In this document: positions 1 to 7,468 of the stretch, piece by piece | How the letters are laid out: every line of letters starts with the position of its first letter | Position numbering within the stretch: the first letter of the stretch is position 1 | Assembly (NCBI GenBank): GCA_031372565.1 | Contig: JANMLN010000188.1 | Coordinates: 1 to 31,901, forward strand | Source of the DNA: Gemmatimonadota bacterium | GTDB taxonomy: Bacteria > Gemmatimonadota > Gemmatimonadetes > Gemmatimonadales > Gemmatimonadaceae | DNA: 31,901 nucleotides | Direction of reading: 5' to 3' | Program-made: the position numbers and the translations under genes | The notes under the pieces: generated by a model | What the model saw: only the letters and a program-made list of their open reading frames with translations | What the model was told of the DNA's origin: nothing | The model's database searches: none

Positions 1-606
1 CAGGGCGAGGCCGGTGATCCAGCGCGCCAGGTCGCGTGCGCCGGGGCCCGCCGTTCCCACCGATGAGCTGGCCGAGCTGCCGGTCGTGTAGATGGCGTTG
101 GCGTGCAGGCGCACGCCGGCGTCGAACGAGCGCGTGACCAGTGCGCCGAGGCTCGTGTAGACGCGATCAGGGCCCAAACCACCGCCGGGGAGCAGTGCGT
201 CGACGCGGAGCGCGAGCGCCGGGAGTGTGGTGCTCTCGGCGTTGAGTTGATGCAGGACGCCGATGTCGATGCCCGCGAGCGCGGTGGTCCGCGTGCCTCC
301 CGCGTCGAACATGGCGAGCGGAAGGCCGAGCTCGAGTTCGGTGCGTGGCAGGATGCCGAGCGTGAAGCCCGGTTCCATGCCCCAGAGGTAGCTGCCGCCC
401 TTGGAGCGTTCGAGGCGCAGCGGGGCGACCTGGAGCTCCAGGCCCCAGCGCTCGACCGCGACCGCATCTTCGATCGTGAAGGGGCGGCCACGATCGGTGT
501 TCATGAAGTCGGTCTGAGCACTCGCCGGTCGGGCGAGACTGAGCAAAAGGCACGCACGCAATGCGAGGCCGAGACGGCGTCGCGCGTGCAGCATGTTCGG
601 TGGCAT
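1..606 (-). CDS. Secreted, probable outer-membrane beta-barrel/transporter-like protein (partial, runs off the left edge)
   Basis: Not in the ORF track because it has no stop in the window. Manual translation from ATG 606 (alt ATG 594): MPPNMLHARRRLGLALRACLLLSLARPASA|QTDFMNTDRGRPFTIEDAVAVERWGLELQVAPLRLER...WGMEPGFTLGILPRTELELGLP...LHQLNAESTTLPALALRVDALLP. Sec signal peptide with ASA cleavage site, then amphipathic beta-strand patterns. Confidence 0.75.
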   Translation of the reverse strand, partial: MPPNMLHARRRLGLALRACLLLSLARPASAQTDFMNTDRGRPFTIEDAVAVERWGLELQVAPLRLERSKGGSYLWGMEPGFTLGILPRTELELGLPLAMFDAGGTRTTALAGIDIGVLHQLNAESTTLPALALRVDALLPGGGLGPDRVYTSLGALVTRSFDAGVRLHANAIYTTGSSASSSVGTAGPGARDLARWITGLAL

Positions 607-619
607 GGGTGGCAGTCCA

Positions 620-709
620 GTCCGGATGGCGCGCCCCGAAGTACGCCGGGCGGACGGTCGTCCGCGGCGAGGGGGCGGGATCACGCGCGCCACGGTGGGC
701 GCGCCGGAC
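620..709 (-). promoter_or_regulatory. Intergenic mRNA stem-loop between the leader ORF stop and the RBS region of the downstream gene
   Basis: On the mRNA, GTCCGG-CGCGCCC (709-697) pairs with GGGCGCG-[CCAT]-CCGGAC (636-620). An inner hairpin GCGGAC/GTCCGC lies at 650-665. The 3' arm ends next to GGA motifs 9-15 nt upstream of ATG 606. Confidence 0.5.
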
Positions 710-712
710 GGG

Positions 713-1153
713 TCAGCGCGGAGGGGGAGTTTCGGGGGCGTCCGAGCGGGACGCGAGTGCTGCTGGCTCAGGGGCATTGGCCCGTTCCACCGTGGGCACG
801 ACGATCAGATCGGTCATGCTCACGGGAACGGTTGGCGCCGCATTGGCGCACGCCGCCATGAACGCGCAGGCAGTGGTGCGGCCGTGGTGCGAGGGCGCGG
901 CGGGTACCCCGGCGTCGTGCGGCGCAGCGGTGAGCGCTTCGGCCGCAACGACGTGGTGATTGCCGTGCGCTGCGTGTGCGTCAGGCGCCGGCGCAACGGG
1001 CGCCTCTTGGGCTTCGGCGTGGTGCGCGCTCGCCACTCCATGCGCATCCCCCGCGACCGACACCGACGCGCACCACGTGCCCGCGCGCGCCACCTCTCCC
1101 GGGAGGAGCAGCAGCGCGGCGAGCAGCGCGAAGAGGCGACGATGGCGGGTCAT
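713..1153 (-). CDS. Small secreted His/Cys-rich protein with C-terminal PETPPPR; CutF/CruR/CopL-like putative regulatory leader
   Basis: ATG 1153, 4 nt after the upstream stop; 146 aa. Signal peptide MTRHRRLFALLAALLLLPGEVARA, 10 His in the mature region, CAFMAAC motif, about 40-aa spacer, ends APETPPPR*. Confidence 0.7.
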   Translation of the reverse strand: MTRHRRLFALLAALLLLPGEVARAGTWCASVSVAGDAHGVASAHHAEAQEAPVAPAPDAHAAHGNHHVVAAEALTAAPHDAGVPAAPSHHGRTTACAFMAACANAAPTVPVSMTDLIVVPTVERANAPEPAALASRSDAPETPPPR

Positions 1154-1157
1154 GCGA

Positions 1158-2192
1158 CTACGGTCGGCAGGAGACGCCGCGATCGTAGACGCCACTGTTG
1201 AAGGTCACCTGCGTCAGGGTGACCGCCGGCGACGTGCGCGCGATGTAGACGTGCGAGGCGCGGTCATTGCCCAGCGCCGTGAAGGCAATGCGTGTCTGGC
1301 TGAGCCAGCACACCGAGAAGTCGCTCAGCGAGTTGGGCTGGATGGTGAGCGGCAGCGTCGGAATGGTGACGATGCTGGCCTCGCCCGTGCCGTCCGGGTT
1401 CATCGTCTTGAGCGTCGTTGCGGTGAGTTGATCGGCCGCGTCGTACGCCAGCTCGAGGAAGGCGATCTTGCTCGCGTCGGGCGACCAGGTCGCGCCCTGG
1501 AAGATCGGGCCGATGCCGCTCCGGGTGTCGGAGCGCAGCATCACGCGATTGCCGCCGTTGAAGTTCATCGCCCAGATGCGCCACCCCGACGAGCTGGTGA
1601 CGAGGAGCAGCCGGTCGGCGGCATTCACGGACACCGGGGCATCGGCGTTCCAGGTAAACGACTGCGAGTCGGGGAGCAGCAGCGTATCGCGGATGCTGCC
1701 GGCGGTCGGGTTCTGGCGGACCACGACCGAGCGGCCGTTGCCACGGTACAGGTAGTAAACCTTGGTGCCGTCGGCCGACCAGCTTGGAAATTGTTCCACC
1801 TCGACGCCGCTGGTGAGGCGCGTCTCGATCGAGTCGGTGATGCGTGTGGTGTACACGTCGAAGATCGAGCTGCCGGACTGCGTCTGCGCCCCGTACACCA
1901 GCTGCCCCGTGGTCGGGTTCTGCAGCGCCCGGTCGACGGCGCGACCCCCGAGGAGGTTCTGCACCCGTCGGGCGGTGCCATCGATCAGGTAGATGCCGCG
2001 AAAGCACCCGGCGGTCGTGCCAAACCGCTGGAACGACAGCTTGGCGCCGCCCAGCGAGTCGTACGGGGCCAGCTCCAGCGCCGGCAGGATCGACACCGCG
2101 CAGGTGGAGGTCGGATCGTCGATGACCGACGACCCGAAACAACCCGACAGCGACACGGCGACCACGGCACAGGCGAACAAGCGAAAACGCAT
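1158..2192 (-). CDS. Lipoprotein with TolB-like/PD40 beta-propeller repeats
   Basis: ATG 2192, lipobox VSLSGC, PD40-type motifs FPSWSADGTKVYY and ATWSPDASKIAF. Confidence 0.8.
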   Translation of the reverse strand: MRFRLFACAVVAVSLSGCFGSSVIDDPTSTCAVSILPALELAPYDSLGGAKLSFQRFGTTAGCFRGIYLIDGTARRVQNLLGGRAVDRALQNPTTGQLVYGAQTQSGSSIFDVYTTRITDSIETRLTSGVEVEQFPSWSADGTKVYYLYRGNGRSVVVRQNPTAGSIRDTLLLPDSQSFTWNADAPVSVNAADRLLLVTSSSGWRIWAMNFNGGNRVMLRSDTRSGIGPIFQGATWSPDASKIAFLELAYDAADQLTATTLKTMNPDGTGEASIVTIPTLPLTIQPNSLSDFSVCWLSQTRIAFTALGNDRASHVYIARTSPAVTLTQVTFNSGVYDRGVSCRP

Positions 2193-2326
2193 CAGACAGG
2201 CTCCAGAAACGGGACGACGGGGGCGGATCAACCCGTTCGTACCCTCGCGCTTGGCGTGAGGGTCCCCCAAGTTAGCGGGTCATCCCGCCCTCCCGAAGGG
2301 CGCTCCCCCGTCCTCGTCGTCTCATC

Positions 2327-5305
2327 ATGCCCCGTCGACTCGTCTCCCGCGCGCTGCTCGCCCTGCTCACCCTGTCGTCGCTCGGCGCCCTCCCGCTCTC
2401 GGCCCAGCGCCCCCTCGTGGCCTCCGACCTGGGCGCGCTGACCTTCCGGTCCATCGGCCCGGCGGCGATGAGCGGTCGCATCACCGACCTGGCCATCGTC
2501 GAGCGCGACCCGACGGTGATCTATGCGGCCAGCGCCACGGGTGGTCTCTGGAAGACGACCGACGCCGGCATCACCTGGGCGCCGGTCTTCGACCGTGAAG
2601 CCACGAACTCCATCGGGGCGGTGGCCGTCTCCCAGGCGCGACCGACCGACGTCTGGGTCGGCACCGGCGAGGCGACCAACCGGCAGAGCTCCGGGTGGGG
2701 CGACGGCGTCTACAAGTCGTCCGATGGTGGCAAGAGCTGGCGCAACGTCGGGCTCGGCGATTCGCACCACATCTCGCGCATCCTCGTGCACCCGTCCAAC
2801 CCGGACATCGTGTACGTGGCCGCGGTCGGGCATCTGTGGGGACCGAACAACGAACGCGGGTTGTACAAGACCACCGATGGCGGCCGCACCTGGACGCGCG
2901 TGCTCTTCGTGGACAACGAGACCGGCATCGCCGACATCGCCATCGACCTGTCCAATCCCGAGATCGTGTACGCGGCCAGCTACCAGCGCCGCCGCCAGCC
3001 GTTCGGCTTCGTGGGCTCAGGCCCTGGCAATGCGCTCTGGAAGACCACCGACGGCGGCGCGACCTTCAAGAAGCTCACCAACGGCCTCCCCACCGGCACG
3101 CTCGGCCGCATCGGCATCTCGATCTACCGCAAGACGCCGTCAACGGTGTACGTGAGCGTCGAGCAGGGGCTCCGCTACACGTCGTCGATCTCGTACGACA
3201 AGCGACTCGCCGGTGTCTATCGCTCGGCCGATCGCGGTGAGTCGTTCCGTCGCATGGGCGACTGGAATCCGCGTCCGGCGTACAGCTCGCGCATCACCGT
3301 CGATCCGAACGACGAGTCGCGCATCTACATGGTGCAGTACTCGGTGTCCGACGACAGCGGCAAGACGTTCAAGGAGCCGCGCCAGACGCTGCACGGCGAT
3401 GATCGCCTCGTGTGGGTCGATCCCGCCGACTCGCGTCACCTGGTCAAGGCGGACGACGGTGGTGTCGGGATTTCATGGGATCGCGGCGTGAAGTGGCTGT
3501 ACGTGAGCACCTTGCCCGTGAGCCAGTGGTACCATGTGCGCGTCGACAACGCCCGCCCGTACAAGGTGTACGGTGGCTTGCAGGACAACGGCAGTTGGGA
3601 AGGCCCGAGCGCGACGTACTCCACCAATGGCATCGCCAACGACGATTGGTGGCGCGTCGGCGGCGGCGACGGCTTCCTCATCATCCCGGACACGGTCGAT
3701 CGCACCACGATCTACGTCGAATCGCAGTACCTGGGTCTCGAGCGGTTCAACCGCATGACGCGCGAGAGTGCGAGCATCCGCCCGGTCGGACCCGAAGGGG
3801 AAGGGCCCAAGCTCGGCAACTGGGGTGCGCCGGATCCGCGCATCGGCAAGAAGGTCAAGCCGGCCAACTGGAACGCGCCGTACCTGATTTCGCCGCACGA
3901 CAACAACACGCTGTATGCCGGCATGAAGGAGCTCTACAAGAGCACCGATCGCGGCACCACGTGGACGTCGCTCGGTGATCGCACGACGGGCACCAACCGC
4001 CGCACGCTGGCCATCATGGGGCAGCTCCCGGCCGATACCACGCTGTCGCTCGACGATGGCGTGAGCTTCTGGCCCACGATCTCGGCGCTCGCCGAGTCGC
4101 CGATGCGGAAGGGGGTGCTCTGGGTCGGGACCGATGACGGCAACGTGCAGCGGTCGCTCGATGGCGGTCGCACCTTCGTGAACCTGGCCGACAAGGTGCC
4201 GGGCTTGCCGAAGGGGACGTGGATCGCGGCGGTGACGCCGTCACGGCACGCGGCCAAGCGCGTGTATCTCGCCGCCGATGGTCACCAGGCCGACGACTAC
4301 ACCAACTACCTGTGGGTGAGTGAGGACGATGGCGCGACGTTCACGTCGATCGCGAGCGACCTGCCGCCCGGGCGCGTGATTCACGCCGTGGTCGAGGCGC
4401 TGGCCAACCCGGATGTGCTCTACCTCGGCACCGAGTTCGGCCTGTTCGTGTCGGTCGATCGCGGCGCGCATTGGCTCTCGATGCGCAACAACATGCCCAA
4501 CGTGCCGGTCAACGACATCGCCATTCAACCGCGCGAGCGCGATCTCGTGCTCGCCACGCACGGGCGGGGCGTCTGGATTCTCGACGACATTTCCGCGATT
4601 CGGGACCTCTCGCCAGCCGTGCGTGCGAAGGCGCTCCACCTCTTTCCGCCGCGCGAGGCTGAAATGAAGCGGCTCGCGAACGAGCGCCCGCATACGGGCG
4701 ACATGTATTTCCGCGGGGAGAATCCCGTGAACGGCGCGTTGATCACCTACTGGATGGCGAATGCCGGCAACGCGGCGCAGGTGACGCTCACCGTGCACGA
4801 GGCCAAGGGCGGCGCGCTGGTGGCGACGCTCAAGCCGACGGCCAACGCCGGGCTCAATCGCGTGAACTGGAACCTGCGCTATCCGGATCTGCCGGGACCC
4901 GCCGCGCAGGGCGACGACGACGAGGGACCGCAGGCGCCGCGAGGCCACTGGGTGCGACCGGGCGCATATGTCGTGCGCCTGACCGCAGCTGGGGTGACGA
5001 CCGAGCAGCCGCTGACGGTCGTGGATGATCGTCGGATTGCGGTGCCCGCCATCGTGCGCGGCAACTGGCACACGACCATGCGGTCGCTCACGGCGCTGTA
5101 CCTGGGCGCCGACTCGCTGGCCACCAAGGCCAAGGGGCAGGGGGACAAGTCGGAACTCGCCCTCACCGCTGGCGAACTGCGCACCCGGATCGGCGCGCTC
5201 TATCGCAACGTGTTGCGCGTGACCGCCGAGCCCACGGCCGCACAGAAGGCGCAGGCCAGGTACTTCGCGGGGGCGCGGGACTCCCTGCGTGCGCTGATCA
5301 AGTAG
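2327..5305 (+). CDS. Secreted BNR/Asp-box (VPS10/sortilin-like) repeat glycosyl hydrolase-like protein
   Basis: 992 aa with signal peptide; FRSIGPAAMSGRI; many S/TxDGGxTW Asp-boxes; YGGLQDNG, GGGDG, GTDDG and ATHGRG motifs. Confidence 0.9.
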   Translation: MPRRLVSRALLALLTLSSLGALPLSAQRPLVASDLGALTFRSIGPAAMSGRITDLAIVERDPTVIYAASATGGLWKTTDAGITWAPVFDREATNSIGAVAVSQARPTDVWVGTGEATNRQSSGWGDGVYKSSDGGKSWRNVGLGDSHHISRILVHPSNPDIVYVAAVGHLWGPNNERGLYKTTDGGRTWTRVLFVDNETGIADIAIDLSNPEIVYAASYQRRRQPFGFVGSGPGNALWKTTDGGATFKKLTNGLPTGTLGRIGISIYRKTPSTVYVSVEQGLRYTSSISYDKRLAGVYRSADRGESFRRMGDWNPRPAYSSRITVDPNDESRIYMVQYSVSDDSGKTFKEPRQTLHGDDRLVWVDPADSRHLVKADDGGVGISWDRGVKWLYVSTLPVSQWYHVRVDNARPYKVYGGLQDNGSWEGPSATYSTNGIANDDWWRVGGGDGFLIIPDTVDRTTIYVESQYLGLERFNRMTRESASIRPVGPEGEGPKLGNWGAPDPRIGKKVKPANWNAPYLISPHDNNTLYAGMKELYKSTDRGTTWTSLGDRTTGTNRRTLAIMGQLPADTTLSLDDGVSFWPTISALAESPMRKGVLWVGTDDGNVQRSLDGGRTFVNLADKVPGLPKGTWIAAVTPSRHAAKRVYLAADGHQADDYTNYLWVSEDDGATFTSIASDLPPGRVIHAVVEALANPDVLYLGTEFGLFVSVDRGAHWLSMRNNMPNVPVNDIAIQPRERDLVLATHGRGVWILDDISAIRDLSPAVRAKALHLFPPREAEMKRLANERPHTGDMYFRGENPVNGALITYWMANAGNAAQVTLTVHEAKGGALVATLKPTANAGLNRVNWNLRYPDLPGPAAQGDDDEGPQAPRGHWVRPGAYVVRLTAAGVTTEQPLTVVDDRRIAVPAIVRGNWHTTMRSLTALYLGADSLATKAKGQGDKSELALTAGELRTRIGALYRNVLRVTAEPTAAQKAQARYFAGARDSLRALIK

Positions 5306-5418
5306 TCGTCCTGAGCGAAGCGAAGGACCTGCTTGTCGTCGTCCTGAGCGAAGCGAAGGACCTGCTTGTGCCGTTCCGCCGCAACAAGCAGATCCTTCGC
5401 TTCGCTCAGGATGACAAC
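5305..5418. repeat. REP/REPIN-like palindromic element cluster 1 (two 33-bp left arms, loop, one inverted arm)
   Basis: GTCGTCCTGAGCGAAGCGAAGGACCTGCTT at 5305 and 5338; inverted arm AAGCAGATCCTTCGCTTCGCTCAGGATGACAAC at 5386-5418. Confidence 0.9.
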
Positions 5419-5453
5419 TGGCGTTTGGCCCCCCCGCGGGTGATGATTCCCGC

Positions 5454-6611
5454 ATGATCAGCGTCGACGCCGCTCTCCTCTTCCGCCGCGCGTTCGGCGA
5501 CGATCCCGACGTCGTCGCCTCGGCGCCCGGGCGCGCCAACCTGATCGGCGAACATGTCGACTACGTGGGTGGCCCCGTGCTGCCATTCGCGCTCGATCTT
5601 CGCACGGCCGTGGCGGTCCGCGTGCGCCCCACGGGCGCCAGCCGCGCCGTGAGTCTGCAGGACGGCGGCGTGGCGCAGGAGTTCGACCCCACGTTGCGCG
5701 CGCGCACGGGCAGCTGGACCGACTACATCGGTGGCATCACGCGTGCCCTCCACGTGAACGGCGTGGCCATTGCAGCCATCGATGTTGCCGTGGCCAGCGA
5801 CGTGCCGGTGGGGTCCGGCCTGTCGTCGTCTGCGGCGCTCCTGGTGGCCGCCGGCTCCGCGATTGCGCAGGCAACGGAGCAGCCCACCCAGCCGCTCGCG
5901 GTGGCGGGGCTGGCGCTGCGTGCCGAGCGCGAATTCATCGGCGTCCCCTGCGGCATGATGGATCCGTGGGCGTCGGCGCTCGGCCGTGAGGGACACGCGC
6001 TCTACCTCGAGTGCGCCACCGGGGCGACGCAGCAGGTCCCGTTCGGCGATTCGGTGCTGCTGATTCACAGCGGCGGCGCGCGCAGCCTGGCCGATTCGCC
6101 GTACGCCGAGCGTGTGCGCGACTGCGCCGAGGCGCTGACCGGGCTCCGGCAGATCGTGCCGGGCATCGAGGCGCTGGCGGAGGCCACCGAAGCGCAGGTG
6201 CTGGCGGCGCCGATGAGTGCGACCGCCCGCAAGCGAGCGCTGCATGTCGTGGGCGAGACGGCGCGCGTACGCACCGCCGTGGCGGCGATGCTCGGCGGTG
6301 CCCGATTTCCCGGGGAGCTGCTGACGGCGTCGCACGCGTCGCTGCGCGATCTGTTCGAGTGCTCGACGCACGACCTCACCTGGCTGGCCGAAGCGGCCGA
6401 CGCGATGGATGGCGTGCGCGGCGCACGCCTGACGGGCGCCGGCTGGGGTGGCTGCGTGCTCGTGCTCGGCGATGCGCTGGCATTGCCGCGGGTCGCCGAG
6501 CGGCTTGCGCGCGACTACGAACGACGGACTGGTCACGCCCCGAGTATCTGGATCTCCCGCGCCTCCAGCGGCGTCTCTCTCGACCTCACGCATGTCGGGC
6601 ACCGGCATTAG
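5454..6611 (+). CDS. galK: Galactokinase (GHMP kinase)
   Basis: GRANLIGEHVDY, PVGSGLSSSAA, CGMMD and GARLTGAGWGGC motifs. Confidence 0.88.
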   Translation: MISVDAALLFRRAFGDDPDVVASAPGRANLIGEHVDYVGGPVLPFALDLRTAVAVRVRPTGASRAVSLQDGGVAQEFDPTLRARTGSWTDYIGGITRALHVNGVAIAAIDVAVASDVPVGSGLSSSAALLVAAGSAIAQATEQPTQPLAVAGLALRAEREFIGVPCGMMDPWASALGREGHALYLECATGATQQVPFGDSVLLIHSGGARSLADSPYAERVRDCAEALTGLRQIVPGIEALAEATEAQVLAAPMSATARKRALHVVGETARVRTAVAAMLGGARFPGELLTASHASLRDLFECSTHDLTWLAEAADAMDGVRGARLTGAGWGGCVLVLGDALALPRVAERLARDYERRTGHAPSIWISRASSGVSLDLTHVGHRH

Positions 6612-6654
6612 GCAGCGGATCACCGCGGCGTCGCTCCTCGAGCGGCGCTTCGAG

Positions 6655-7434
6655 GTGACGCGCGCGGTCATTCCGTGCGCGGGCACCGGCTCGCGCATGC
6701 GGAGCATCACCAACGGCGCTCCCAAGGAGCTGCTTGACGTCGGTGGCAGCTCTCCGCTCGAGCACGTGCTGCGCGAGTGCGCGGCCAGTGCCATCACGCG
6801 CGCGATGGTGGTCATCGCCCCGGGCAAGGAGTCGATCGCCTTCAAGGTGCTCAAGCTCGCGGGCACCCCGGGTTTTCCCGCCGAGATCGTCGTGATGGAA
6901 CAGCCGGCGGCCGTGGGGTTGGCCGACGCCATCGGTCGCGCCCGCGACACCGCGCCGGAGCAGCCGCTGGCCGTCGTGCTCCCGTCGGTGCTCTACCGCG
7001 GCGACCGACCGGCGCTCGCCCAGGTGATCACGGCGTACCGGGCCTCGCTGCACTCCGTGATGGGGATGGTCGAGGCGCGCGCCGCGATCGCCGCCACCAA
7101 GCAGGCCGTGCCCGTGATCGGCGGCGTGCTGCTGGGCGAGGAAGTGAAGATCGACCAGATCCCGGACGTCGGGGTCGTGGGCCAGTTGCCGACCGGGTCG
7201 GCGCCGTTCGCGAGCGGCGGCCGCATCGTGCTTGCCCCCGATGCGTACGTGGCGCTCGATGCCGTGCTGCGTGCACCCGCCAGCGCGGGTGAGACCGACG
7301 TGACGGCCGTGCTGCAGCGCCTGCTCATGCGCGGGCAGCTCGTGGGCAAGATGATTCGCGGGCGCTACTGCGACCTGACCGTGCCCGCCGGATACGCAGA
7401 CGCGCAGGCCGTATTCAGCGCGCCGACGGGCTGA
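6655..7434 (+). CDS. GalU-like sugar-phosphate nucleotidyltransferase, divergent
   Basis: GTG 6655 (alt ATG 6592). RAVIPCAGTGSRMRSITNGAPKELL N-terminal signature and QPAAVGLADAI; several catalytic motifs are altered. Confidence 0.75.
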   Translation: MTRAVIPCAGTGSRMRSITNGAPKELLDVGGSSPLEHVLRECAASAITRAMVVIAPGKESIAFKVLKLAGTPGFPAEIVVMEQPAAVGLADAIGRARDTAPEQPLAVVLPSVLYRGDRPALAQVITAYRASLHSVMGMVEARAAIAATKQAVPVIGGVLLGEEVKIDQIPDVGVVGQLPTGSAPFASGGRIVLAPDAYVALDAVLRAPASAGETDVTAVLQRLLMRGQLVGKMIRGRYCDLTVPAGYADAQAVFSAPTG

Positions 7435-7468
7435 GCACGGCTGGCGCGCTGGCCGTGCCCGACAACCG

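Noticed and set aside
2220..2310. Cluster of short hairpins in the divergent intergenic region (e.g. ACCCTCGCGC/GCGTGAGGGT) as a riboswitch
   Set aside because: Short GC-rich stems are expected by chance and I recognise no aptamer consensus; an Rfam scan would be needed.
5305..5418. Integron attC site, tRNA fragment or intrinsic terminator
   Set aside because: No RYYYAAC/GTTRRRY box pairing or integrase, no cloverleaf despite the GTTC motif, and no U-tract. The same element also occurs between divergent genes.
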